NCBI GenBank assembly: GCA_012295275.1 | Contig: CM022671.1 | Span: 34,596,001-34,660,000, forward strand | Direction: 5' to 3' | Length of the DNA: 64,000 bases | Origin: Chrysomallon squamiferum | Lineage: Eukaryota; Animalia; Mollusca | Shown: in pieces, positions 50,801 to 63,945 of the stretch | How the letters are laid out: each line of letters starts with the position of its first letter | Position numbering within the stretch: position 1 is the first letter of the stretch | Program-made: the position numbers and the translations under genes | The notes under the pieces: model-generated | Database searches by the model: none | Told to the model about the DNA's origin: nothing | Seen by the model: the letters and a program-made list of their open reading frames with translations, nothing else

Positions 50801-51635
50801 TCTACTATGATTAATTAGCTATTTGAAAGAATCATATGTACACATTACGTAACCTTTAAACGTTAGAGCAGAAAAATTCAAAGTTGAAGGATAAAAAGTA
50901 ACAAGCAGCAGTTTCCTCTGTTATTTGTTTTATCTTTTTCACAAAATAAATGTTCTGTTTGTTTTTTTAAGGTGACTGTTTATGCCTTAATATATACAGT
51001 ACGTCGTTTATTTATATCAGATTAATACGAAATGATGGAGTTAAATTTATACTATATGCGCAGCCTGTGATCCATTTCGTCAGATATTTCAGTTAGAATT
51101 TATTGGAACAAAATAATAAGATTTTATGTCAACGTTGCCGTCGTCGATAGTGTAGCCGTCGTTAGTATTTGTAGATCTCTGATGGCAGTTTCAGAAATAC
51201 ACAATAATTCTCCAGTAATTGTTTATTGTTTAATTCCAGTTGATACATTCGTTTCTTAAGCATGACAAAAAATGTATTATAGTTTGGATAACAACAACAA
51301 CAAAAATAATAATGATAATGATAATAATAATAATAACAACAACAACAGTAATATCAGTGACAATAACAATAACAGTAACAGCAACAATAACAATAATAAC
51401 AATCACAATAACAGCAACAACATCAACATCAGCAACACTGCTTCTACTACGACTACTACTACAAATAATGATGATGATGATAATAACAAAAACTTCAAAA
51501 AACAACAAAAATAACAAAAAGAAGAAGAAAAAAAAAAGAAAAAAAAAAAGAAGAAGAACGAAAAATAAGTCCTGGGTTGAAAAACAAATTTTTTGCAAGA
51601 ATTTGAGAGAATCGTTCAATCAAAAAAAAAAAGTT

Positions 51636-53231
51636 TTAGACCGGGTCCGGGGTCGTCACGGCTGGCTGATTCTCAGTACTGGAAAACACCTGCTCTTCGG
51701 TCTGCCTGTTTTCTTGCCTCGCTTGCGGCTGCGCGGACCGACACCGGCAAATTACTTCGTGCAGCCTCTTTCTAAACCTGCCGCCCCGGGCGTAGTAACA
51801 CACGAAACTGGTGCAGTACGCGGCCTGGTTGAAAACCCCGCCCACCTGCACGACGGAGACGAAGAGGTAGTGCTCCCTGAGGTTCATGCCGTAGTCTCTG
51901 AAGACCATCTGCGATATTTCCGTGAGCTGGATGGGCAGGACGAGGACTATGAAGACGACCGAGGACAGCAGGACGGTGACTGTGATCTGCGTGTCCGCTT
52001 TGCTCAGTTTCTTCCTGGAGTCCTGCGACGAGCCGAGCTTTTTCCTGAACCGGGCGTGGAATCTCAGCGCCACGGTGAGCACGACGTTGAGGACGAGAGA
52101 GCCGAACAGAGGAACGTAGACGAACAGGACGTCGCCGCACATGAACAGTATTCTGAACAGAAGCTCGTTGTTGATGAAGTGGCTGGATAAAGAGAATCTG
52201 TAGAGAGTGTTGCCGTTTTTGTCGCTGTAGCCGATGACGTCGTATTTGAACAGCGTCTCCAAGTGAAACACCGAGTTCAGCAGCAGCAGTGCGCAGCAGA
52301 TCGTCACCGGCTTCCTGATCAGTCTGAAGTGCTTGGCCTTGAGAGGGAAAACGACGGCCACAACGCGCTCGGCGGAGATAAAGAAGATGTAGCAGAAGGT
52401 CGTTCTGTTCACGACGGTGATGCTGTACATGGAGAGGTAGATGACCATCGTCAAGAACGACTTGGAGTTCAGCGTGTTGCCGGACAGGCTCGCCTCGACC
52501 AGGCGTCCGGTGCAGCTCAACGTCACCACCACGAGCTCGGCCGAGCTGAGGCACAGCAGAAATCTGCTGAAAGAACTGGATGCCGCCTCGCTGCTGAACA
52601 CGATGATGTTGAAACAGTTGAACGCGATTCCGAGCACCGGTAACACGTACAGAATGACCGTCGTTACGGCTTTTATTCGGTTGTACGAGGCCTCGGAGAC
52701 CAGGCCGTCGTGGAGGACGGAGGGATCGAACCGAAAGGTTCCACCGCGTCCAGGATCTGTAGTCGCGTCCTCAGATTTGTTGTCAGTGAGATTAGATAGA
52801 ACGTCTTCCGAACTGGTCGGAGAGAAATTAGTGACGTTGTTTTCTGTAGCTGAAGTTGATGAAAAATCACTGTGACTGTAATCACTTCTGTACATTGTCG
52901 AAGTCAGAAAATCACTATCATCAGTTGTTGACAGTACAGAATCAGTTAAATCTTGATCAGATGATGGGAAATCGCCGATACTTATATTTCCAGTAGACAG
53001 TGGAAAATTGTTGCTGCTTTGACTGCTCGATTCATTATAAATTACATGAGTCGTCGTCGTAGTAGTAGTAGTATGGCTGTTGCTACCACTCTGCCGAAAC
53101 GTTTCTGTCACCACGGCCTTCGTAGTTGTAAGGTTGGAATCACCTGGTTTTGATGTGGCACAGTTTACTTTGTTTGATGTCACGAAAAATAAGGCGATGA
53201 CCAAAAACAAGACTTGAACATTAAATTCCAT
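51636..53231 (-). CDS. Intronless class A GPCR (FMRFamide/peptide-receptor-like, Srw/molluscan chemoreceptor-like) with signal peptide and long Ser/Thr-rich N-terminal ectodomain, 531 aa
   Basis: Long uninterrupted ORF with a GC-rich 7TM half. The first ATG is at 53231 (the track start is a TTG). Signal peptide MEFNVQVLFLVIALFFVTSNKVNCA. Seven hydrophobic segments: TM1 VLGIAFNCFNIIVF, TM2 FLLCLSSAELVVV, TM3 ending ISAERVVAVVFPLKAK (DRY equivalent), TM5 LFVYVPLFGSLVLNVVL, TM6 TVLLSSVVFIVLVLP, TM7 YCTSFVCYY, then helix 8 GRFRKRL. Confidence 0.93.
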   Translation of the reverse strand: MEFNVQVLFLVIALFFVTSNKVNCATSKPGDSNLTTTKAVVTETFRQSGSNSHTTTTTTTTHVIYNESSSQSSNNFPLSTGNISIGDFPSSDQDLTDSVLSTTDDSDFLTSTMYRSDYSHSDFSSTSATENNVTNFSPTSSEDVLSNLTDNKSEDATTDPGRGGTFRFDPSVLHDGLVSEASYNRIKAVTTVILYVLPVLGIAFNCFNIIVFSSEAASSSFSRFLLCLSSAELVVVTLSCTGRLVEASLSGNTLNSKSFLTMVIYLSMYSITVVNRTTFCYIFFISAERVVAVVFPLKAKHFRLIRKPVTICCALLLLNSVFHLETLFKYDVIGYSDKNGNTLYRFSLSSHFINNELLFRILFMCGDVLFVYVPLFGSLVLNVVLTVALRFHARFRKKLGSSQDSRKKLSKADTQITVTVLLSSVVFIVLVLPIQLTEISQMVFRDYGMNLREHYLFVSVVQVGGVFNQAAYCTSFVCYYARGGRFRKRLHEVICRCRSAQPQARQENRQTEEQVFSSTENQPAVTTPDPV

Positions 53232-53270
53232 TTTCGTACAACTTTGTGCTGTGTTTTCTTTAAAAGGCAA

Positions 53271-53304
53271 AAGTGAAAAGTTGTAAACTGATGAGGTTTA
53301 TATA
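53271..53304 (-). promoter_or_regulatory. TATA box plus initiator of the GPCR gene
   Basis: On the minus strand, TATATAAA (53304-53297) is followed exactly 30 nt later by a YYANWYY initiator TCACTTT (A at 53274). The first downstream ATG is the CDS start at 53231. Confidence 0.6.
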
Positions 53305-53800
53305 GCTGCATTCTAATGACCTGTAATAAGTGTTTTCATGGCGATTTCATTACTTTAATTCATTAAAGGATAATATTTTTCATTTAATCATAATGTAAGG
53401 AAACCCATTAGTGACATCGTCATTTTTTTTTTTTTTTTTTTTTGTCATTGCTACTGATACTGCTGATACTGTTATTTAGTAGTAGTAGTAATAGTAGTAG
53501 TAGTTGTTGTAGTAGTAGTAGTAGTTGTTGTTGTAGTAGTAGTAGTAGTAGTAGTAGTTGTTGTTGTTGTTGTAGTAGTAGTAGTAGTTGTTGTTGTTGT
53601 TGTTGTTGTTGTAGTAGTAGTAGTGGTAGTAATAGCAGCAGCATGTCAGTAGTAGTTGTTGTAGAATTAAAACTATTATTATTGTTATTAATAGTAATAG
53701 TAGAAGTAGTAGTAGTAGTAATAGTATTTGTTGTTGTTGTTGTAGTGATAGCACTAGTAGTAGTTCGTGAAAACGTTCGTTTTAATAATTTTTAAAATTT

Positions 53801-53924
53801 ATTTACTATATCTGTTTCATAACTTGAATGATATGTATATTCTGTAATCTGAACAAATTTTTATTTTAATTTTTTTGTAACAGGCTTGAATTATTTAGAC
53901 TCTCTAGTTTGTAATCTCAAGTTA
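53801..53924 (+). repeat. Diverged direct repeat, copy 1 (copy 2 at 55254-55375)
   Basis: atttac..atctgtt.cataacttgaat.atatg.atatt..gtaa.ct.aaca...ttttattttaa...tgtaatct..gtta; about 75-80% identical by eye. Confidence 0.85.
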
Positions 53925-54637
53925 TTTTTATTTACTTATTTATTTATTTAATTTTATTTTTTTTTTTTTTTTTTTTTTTTTTAAACATGACGGCCTTCCG
54001 TACGTTATACCTTATTTCTCTCATCCAAAGACTTCATTCATGAACAAAAAATGAAAAAACATTTTTCTCTAAAATTAATTTCGTAATTGCAAACCCGTAG
54101 CTTCGTCTTGCTATTATATTATTTTACATACATTTGAGTAGCTATACTTAAATATCTATTATCTGTATCTATACTTTAATGTGTATTAAAAAAACAACCC
54201 ATTGAATTTCAAGAACTTTGAAGCTTAAATGAAAGACGGAAAAGACCACAAATTTATAAAGGAAAGATAATGTGAAATTTTAAAAGAAAAGAAAAACGCT
54301 ATAAATTTACATTACAAAATTAACTATCGAAAAACAGAGTTTTTGCTTTACACGTTTTATTACGGTCACGTAAAAATTTTTGAGGAAATTAATAAGCAAA
54401 TTAGTATTTAAGATCAGAATATCGTCAGATTTACAAAGCTAATTCTTAACTAGAAAATCTGCAAGAGATACGATGTTTTTTTACTGATCTGTGGAAAACC
54501 TGTTTTGTTTTGGTTTGTCTTGAAGTGTGTATTAAATTCAACTTTTGAAGATAGAAACGTGATTATCAAAATGGATTAGAAACGTGATATTAAGAAATAC
54601 ACAAACCAACATCTGTCATTTTAGATATTTTTGTTAC

Positions 54638-54706
<69 letters not shown>

Positions 54707-54816
54707 CATCATCACCATCGTTATTGTTGTTGTTGTTGTTGCTGCTGTTACTGATACTGTTATTGTTATTATTAATTTTTGTTATCATTATCTTTATTAC
54801 TATTACTGTCGTTGTC

Positions 54817-54890
<74 letters not shown>

Positions 54891-55253
54891 TGTTTGTTGT
54901 TGTTGTTGTTCTTTTTGTTGTGGTGGTATTGATGGTGGTTGTTGTCTTTTTTGTAAGTTTGTATTTTTGTGTTCGGATCTTTTTTCTGTGTGTGCTTCTT
55001 CTTTCTTTTTTTCTTTTTTTTTTTTTTTTTTTTTTGTTGTTTTGTTTTATAGTTTTGTCTTGGTGTATTTTTTTCTTATGTTTTTTCTTCTTATTATTAT
55101 TTCTTTGTTGTTGTTGTTGTTGTTGTTGTTGTTTTGATTACTTTTTACAACAATAACAGTAATAATAGCTACTACTGGTTTATTAATAATGTATAACCAT
55201 TGTTGTTATCATCATCATTTGTTTTTCTCAACGGAATAGAAAAATGTAAACTA

Positions 55254-55375
55254 ATTTACACATCTGTTACATAACTTGAATCATATGCATATTTAGTAAC
55301 CTAAACATACTTTTATTTTAAATTTTTGAAATAGACTTGGATCATCTAGCCTCTGGAGAATGTAATCTAACGTTA
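55254..55375 (+). repeat. Diverged direct repeat, copy 2 (copy 1 at 53801-53924)
   Basis: Ungapped or near-ungapped alignment to copy 1. Confidence 0.85.
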
Positions 55376-55476
55376 ACTGTAGATAATTTAAAAAACATTT
55401 CATAAAATCGTGCAAAATATATTTTGTTATTCCAATATTATTGTTCCTGTCACGAAACGCAATTTATTTATTTTTC

Positions 55477-55515
<39 letters not shown>

Positions 55516-55653
55516 TAATAAGGAATAATTTTATTCGCTATTCAGATTCTTAATGTTGGTAAACTAATAAAATGTTTGTTTTAAATCATGCAAGGGAAAT
55601 AACTATTGATATGATAACTGTAGTAAAATATTGATTATCGTTCTTAAAACGTT

Positions 55654-55694
<41 letters not shown>

Positions 55695-56484
55695 CTCTCT
55701 CTCTCTCTATCTCTCTCTCTCTCTCTCGTTCTCTCTAGCTCTCTCTCTATCTCTCTCTCTCTGTGTCTGCGTGTCTCTGTCTCTGTTTCTCTCTCTCTCG
55801 TTTTATTCATATATCTTTGTACATGCGTAAGGCTATTACGATCGATATGATTCTATGCACACATGATAATACTTAAATTCTTACCCTGGATGAATTATAT
55901 GAAGAAATTAAATATAAGCAATATTTTATCATGTCAATTCAGTATTTTTCAATCAATCAATCAATAAATAAATAAATAAATTTAATTACATTTTCCGCCA
56001 AGATCATGTCTCATTAAAATTTGATATCTCTGACATTCTAACAAATTGATAACGATTTTATCAAAATGATTTATGGGTTTTCAAATAGCTGTCAGTTATG
56101 TCTGAACTCTTACAAAAATAATCGTAGTATACTTGTCAGTTATTTAACAAACCTTTTTTTTTACCATGACACAGACAAATGTCTTTTGATAAGTTCTGGT
56201 AAAAAAAAAAATAATAATAATAATAATATATATATATATAGGCCTAGTATAAATACGTTTTATATTATCCCTAAGAAGAAATAATGTATTTATAACAGTA
56301 CTTCAAAAATAACTATGTTTAAAGACTTTTTAAATAATTTGACTGATTTAACCCTCATTCGCTAATTCTGTTTTCATATTAATTAGCAACATGAAAGTTT
56401 TTATATCTATCTTCCCATAATTAACGAGGGAACCGTATACACAAACATTATTCGCGGAAAATCGATTTGTTGTTGTTGTTGTTG

Positions 56485-56533
<49 letters not shown>

Positions 56534-56604
56534 CATCATGATCATCATCACCGGTAATAGTAATAGCAGAACTAGTAGGAGAAAAATTACTATTGTTATT
56601 GCTA

Positions 56605-56650
<46 letters not shown>

Positions 56651-57929
56651 CATTATAATTATTATTATTATTATTATTATTATTACTACTGCTACTACTA
56701 TTTTATTATTATTATTACTACTATAACTACTACTTCTATTAGTGTTATTTTCGTTGTTATTGTTGTTGTTGTTATTTCTAAAAATCCCTTTATTAATTAT
56801 CATCTTTATTTTGTTTTCTCTCAATCTGTATATCATCGTTTCATGTGTCTGACTGTCTCTCTGTTTCTGTCTCTCAACTAAATTCTGTAACTTCGTAATG
56901 AAAAAAAACACCTTATATCACTTAAGATATATATTTCTTAATTTTATAAACACAAACCTAAAAACACAACAGCAAAAAAGAAGAAAAAAAAATTTTTTTT
57001 TTTTTTTTTTCATTTTAAAATTCTGTTACCATTATAACCATAATGCGAATGACAAAATTCCATTTTCATAACATTCTTTTTCGTTTTCCGCTTTTCCTAA
57101 TGTACGAGTTGAAATAAAATCTAAACGTCCTTGTGTGTGTGAGTTTAAATAGGAAACCAGATGAAATGACACAAAGATACATTACAAATGTGTTTTTTTC
57201 TGCGTCTGGGGAATGATTTATTAGTAATGTATATAATACTGTTACAGTATCTTTGTATACCTTTCTAGACACAATTCTTTAATTAGTTCTTTATGAGAAA
57301 CACAAAATAGCTTTTCTGTACTTGCGTTCATTAAAATGTATTTATAGCAGCCGACTTTAAACCTCAAAAAGAAAAGAAGAAGAACAGAATCAGTAATTAT
57401 AACAATAACAATAGCAATAAGAACAACAATAACAACAGCAATAACAATAATAATAACAGCACCAGTAACAATAACAAATCAATAACAAAATAATAACAAC
57501 AATAACAATGGCAATAGCAAAATTAATAATAACAATAACAAAAGTAATAACAACAACAATAACAATAGAAATAACAATTAAAAAAAACAAAAACAATAAC
57601 AACAGCATTAACAAAAGCAATAACAACAACAATAATAACGGTAAGAACAATAACAACAAAAATAACAACAAAAAAACACAAACAGAAATAATACGCATTA
57701 GCAAACGTAATAAAAATAGAAGCAGCAACAATAACAATAACAACAACAATAATAATAGCAATAACAAACAGAATGAAGAAGACGAAATACCAAGCAGTAA
57801 TACATTTCCATTTCAATGACATTCAAATTAAACTATAATATTTTAATAGTTTATTTCATTTTTCTAATTGCGTATTGTTCTCTGCTTTCTCATAACAGTC
57901 ACTGCATTTTAATCTGCAAATTTTAATCG

Positions 57930-58245
57930 AGGGGCGAGGGACTTAGAAGTATTTTTCTCTCAGAATGTACAAGATCGTTAGTTCGATCTGTCTTGTACGA
58001 CCCACTGAATTATCTCTCGTTCCAGCCAGTACTCCACAGCTGCTGTGTAACAAATGCCGTGGTATGTAAAGACCCTATTCTGGAATTGTGTGTAAAAAAA
58101 AAAAGCTATCTTTATAAACGAAAATAAAAACCGTTGACGTAGTAGTAGCAGCTGGTTATAACTCGCGTTACCAGAGTGATCCGTCATCACATATATGACA
58201 TCATTTAATCGAGAATGAAACGTGCAGAGTACGTCATTAAATTTG
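57930..58245 (+). mobile_element. Degenerate tRNA-derived SINE-like element
   Basis: Decayed tRNA-like head with B-box-like gttcgatc, followed by the core cccactgaattatctctcgttccagccagtactccac...gccgtggtatgt and a tail ending cgtcattaaat + poly(A). From memory it resembles an abundant gastropod SINE (not database-checked), and related remnants occur elsewhere in the window. Confidence 0.65.
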
Positions 58246-58806
58246 AAAAAAAAAAAAAAAAAAAAAAAAATTCTGGATTTCCTGCCAGCACGCGGAGTTG
58301 AAGTAAGGTAATTTCGGTTCTTTAACGACATTTTCTAGCGTCTTTCGTGACACGAGAAATTACTCAACAGTGGCATCAAGAGGGCGAGATCCCGTGATCT
58401 GTCGCTGTTCAGTTGATTGGCGTGCTGACTGAAATAAAGACAAAGAGACAGAACTTTTCTCTCGTGATGTGGGTTTGTGGTTTAGACGAGTGTGAGACGT
58501 AATGATGTGTTATTGTCAGTGTGAAGTCTAAGATTGTATTTCTGAATTGTAGTTTAATCACAGATGTGTGAGATTCTACGACTCTGAATCTGAGAATACA
58601 AAAACCAGGGATTTAGCGCTGTTCTTTTAGTCCTTCCATTTTGCCGATATCACTCTCAGGATTTATTTGTTTATTTATTTATTTATTTACTTACTTACTT
58701 ACTTATTTATTTATTTATTTATCATCATCATCATTATGATTATGGTTATTATTATTGTTTGCATTTAATTTTAATTTTTTTTTGAAAAAATTATTTATTT
58801 ATTTAC

Positions 58807-58837
<31 letters not shown>

Positions 58838-59046
58838 TTTGCTTATTTACTTACTTATTAAGTTACTTCTTCATTTATTTATTTCTAAAATTTATTATTT
58901 ATTTATTCATTTTATTTTATTTTATTTACTTTTTTTAATATATATTTTTTTTTATTTCTATTTTTTTATTTTTTTTTTTATTTATTTTTTTTTATTTTTC
59001 TAAAACAATAATTATCTTGATAAATTTTATTTTTTATAGGTAACGT

Positions 59047-59087
<41 letters not shown>

Positions 59088-59168
59088 TTTAATTAACCAA
59101 AACCACGGCAAAAATAATGTTAGGAACATTTTTTAGTTTTTCAATCAAATTATCTAATAAACTATTTA

Positions 59169-59199
<31 letters not shown>

Positions 59200-59897
59200 G
59201 ATCTTTTACAGCTTGAATTGCAACGTCCTGTATTAATTCAAAGAATTAAGACTTTGATGCCGATCTCGTTAAAATAATTCTGACAAAAATTTAATTAATA
59301 AATATTTTATTATAGCTAACGACAAAGAATTTCATTAGTCACCAGTCCAATAAAAACTAATAGAATCAGTAAACTGAAATCTTCTACGAGTTTAATAAAG
59401 ACGTTTTTACACGTGTGTTATGAGACCACCGAAATAAAAGAAAACTGTGACAGATATATTTAATTATCGTTTACACTTTGTTTTCTGTCTTCTTCGTTTA
59501 ATTATTCATATTCTGGGTTACAAAGGAGATAATTAGTTCATGTATTACAAACAAGCTGTCTGACTATCTGTCTGTCTATCGATCAATATATCTGTTTGTC
59601 CGAAGTTCTGTCCATCACTTCGTCCATGCGTCTGACCGTCCATCCATCCTTATATCTGTTTGTCTGTCTATTTATCTTACTGTTGGTGTATGTGTATTTG
59701 TCAGTCTATAGATCGGTGTGTGTGTGTATCAGTTTATTTATATATTCACCCAACCATCTGACCATCTCTCTAAATATGTCATCACAATCTTTTGTTACTT
59801 GTTCACTTTCTGAACTAAAGCACGTAGGTGGTTTATTTACTGTCATTTCCTTTCTCTAACGAAAAATAGCATTTATTTCCTACATCTTTCTTTAATT

Positions 59898-59933
<36 letters not shown>

Positions 59934-60036
59934 CTCAGCAATACCAGATCAATTAACACGTTTTGCTGACCCGTTCCAAAAAAACGTACGTAAGGTGTTG
60001 TTTTGTGGGGGTTTTGGGTTTTTCTGTTTTGTTTTG

Positions 60037-60067
<31 letters not shown>

Positions 60068-61663
60068 GTCCCCGCTTTAACTGTTTGGATATGAAGTAAA
60101 AATAACTGACGTTTAAAACTGATACCGGTTTCATTGTCATATAATGAAACAAATTAAAATTATAACGTTTTGGACATAATGGATGAAAATATATATATCC
60201 GGTTGAGATTAAAAAATCCGGCAACCTCCATTCATGGAGTGCCGAATTTTGTATGGTTATATATGCTGTATATATTTAACAGAAAATTACTACCTGAATA
60301 CAGCAGCAAATAAATGATAAAATAAGGAATGAGCAGGAATGCCTGTTAGCAGGTGCAAGCAAAAGTACAGCGCCATCAAAACGTAAACGGCGCCTTCAGA
60401 AAACAGTGGCACGCCATCACAGTAAATTTGAAAATGCGATCTGAAATCCATGTCGGAAATCTGAAGGAACCAGATTTTCGATGGCCGGATTTTTATTTTA
60501 TTTTTTTCTCTCTCTCTCACATATTTAGATAATTTTTTGGATAAATTTTATGCAATAACAGAGATTCCAACTGATTTAAACTTCAATAAACCAGTAGCAG
60601 TTGGCACAACAGTAATCCTATAAACAGGAAATTATAAAAAGAAAATCAATTCAAAACTTAACTGACATCAAAACTGCAACTGCTTCTAAACCGACCAACA
60701 GCAACGGTTTTCAGTCACTTAGTGTGCCTTTAATAGAAGCTGGTCACGTTTATAAATCATAAACGGTTCTTCTCGTAGAAAAGCAAGCTAAAGATTACTG
60801 AACGAACACCACACATACGTTATTCATTTTGTATTAATGACTGTTTTTTCTTTCAACAGCTAATTACTAAGTCAATAATAGGACGACATCTGATGCACGG
60901 ACATAAGTGTAGACTCTCTGCACTGCAATGAACAAAATCAGGCTGGAAATTTAGTTCGTGTGACGTTCAAAGCGATTGTTTGTCTTAATCGTTTCTTGTT
61001 TAACTGTACTTGTAGGGTAATATGAAATAGTCTAATCAGGTTTTGTGCTAATCGTTATTTTACTTTATTTATCATTGACAGAGATTACAAAGAGAACCAG
61101 AAGAATCTGATTATTTCTTTGTTTGTTTATTGTTAAAACCTACCTGTTGTGATAATAAATACACACTGTAATCTTAAACAGACAGTATACACGATCATGT
61201 TTAACTAGTTAAATAATAATTATTATGTCTTGTACCACGACACAGAAATAATTTTTAAACTGTGTTTTGTGTGTATGTTCTCAGTACTTCAGTCGGTACA
61301 GTCTTTACAGAAATTTAACTTCTTGTCTTGGCTTTCCCCGTGTTGTCCAATCTTTACTAATGATAAAGTATTACATTTCTGATGACTGATTCAGATTACT
61401 TCTTACCTTACTTTCTAGTGTATTCATAAAATAAGGTTAACAGATTGTTAAAAAAAATAAAAATGTCTATTCACAGTTGTAAACACAGTATTTTTATAAA
61501 ATAATCTATTAATGGAGTTACATTTGTCACAGGAGATAAAGCTTTGCTGATAATAAATCGTACAAAAATCAAACGGTAACGTACAGATGAAGCCCTTTTT
61601 TCTTTTCTTGTTAATAATAATAGTAATAGTAATAGTAGTAGTAGTAGTAGCAAAAGTAGCAGC

Positions 61664-61698
<35 letters not shown>

Positions 61699-62051
61699 GT
61701 AGTAGTTGTGGTGGTGGAAGTAGTAGTAGCAGTGTTAGTAGTAGTATTAATAGTAGTGGAAGTAGTCGTAGTAGTAGTAGTAGTTGTTGTAGTAGTAGCA
61801 ACAGCAGCAGGATTAATAAATAATGATGAACCTGTTGTTGATAAATACGTAAATAAACTAATAAGTAACAAAATAAGTAAATAAATTACAAACATCCTCA
61901 TAAAAAACTTAAAAATAATTATAAGAAGAAGACAACAACTTGACCTGTGATTTAACTTTCTTTTTCAACCACAGTCACCTCTGAGAAGATAAACGTACAA
62001 AGCCATCTGACTTTAAAAACCTTAACAACATTTAAATAATCTCTCTCTCTT

Positions 62052-62146
<95 letters not shown>

Positions 62147-63041
62147 TTCGCGTATCACTCTTAAAGGGACCAGCTGTCATTATCAAATCGGACTCCAACG
62201 CACACTTCGATTATTAGCTTAATCAAGGAGTGTTAATACGGCTGTAAGATCGTATTCAGAGAGGACGGATCTGCTTTCAGCATTGCCCGATGAAGCGAAT
62301 TAAACCGGCGAGCGTAACCTTATTAAAAATAATTAACACTTACCATCGAGTTCACACGTTTTTCCATTATCGCACTTTGAGAGAGATTTAGCTCTCTTAT
62401 GTTCAGATATAAGTGTCTCTTATCTTTCATCTTCCTGGTGTCGTGAAATATATGTATATATGTATAGGTATTTACACATTCAGAAATATTCGTACGTATA
62501 TGATACGTATGTGCATACACACACCGATTCAAGCAAACATATGCAAGCACATTTCCTCATATACGTACATACGTACATAATACACAAATACATACATACA
62601 CACACACATACATACACACATACACACACACATACATACACACACATACATACATACACAGATACATACATACAAACATACATGAAAAATGGAGGAATGG
62701 ATGTATGGATGAACTGACGGATCAATGGATGGACTGATGCATCGATCAATGAATTGACAGGCAAGAAGATACAAATATATAAATAAGAACTTTTTTTTTC
62801 GGTTTTGTACAAGGAAGTGCTAAATAAACTAATGAAACTGACAGCAAATAATCTCGTTGACACTGGAAACATTATCTTCGTTTTGGTTTTTTTTTCTAAA
62901 CGTGTAATTAAAAAGTCGTATAAGATTCAGAAAGCAACATGAATGGGTAATTACACAGATTTCAAAACAGAATAAATAAATTCATATTTTTAACATGTTA
63001 CCAAGTAATCTAAATGACAAATATGACTCTTTTTTCTTTCT

Positions 63042-63100
<59 letters not shown>

Positions 63101-63654
63101 AGTAGTAGTAGCAGTAGTGGTAGTAGTAGTAGAATTTTTATTATTATTATTATTTCTCTGTGTGTATGGTATGACTATGGATATGGGAGTTCTCTAATAA
63201 AGTCAACTTTCATGTAACAAATGTAAATACTAAATACAGACAATAATGCATTCTCAGCTTACTCTTGTAAGAAGTCATTCTAACCCTTCTCAATCTAGCC
63301 TCTTTATTTTATTAGATTATTATTAATATTAAATTCCAATCAGCTTAACTTGAAACAATCCCATTACGTCTGTTAATTTCAGTGTTATGTTAAGTCTATA
63401 ATTACTGTAATTTTAATTTGGAATAGTATACTCTGATAATAATCTTTACAAGAATATAAGTTCTAATATGATGTCGTTCTTCTGGAATATACTAATGTTT
63501 CAAAACCTGCAATAGATATAATTTATCTCTGTAAGTAATGTTTCTAACATATATTTAGAAATTTCTGTACCTTTACTTCTCGTACTTTTATTACTTCCTA
63601 TAATCAAAAGCTAATTTGAAGTGTATTACTATTTTCTAATTTGTTCTGTGTTGA

Positions 63655-63945
<291 letters not shown>

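Noticed and set aside
51240-52885. Long overlapping ORFs (51240-52190 +, 51772-52554 -, 52263-52643 +, 52441-52875 +)
   Set aside because: Shadow frames of the GC-rich GPCR coding sequence.
53232-53270. N-terminal extension MPFKENTAQSCTK of the GPCR in the ORF track
   Set aside because: It starts at TTG. In a eukaryote the first ATG (53231) gives a clean signal peptide and fits the TATA/Inr position.
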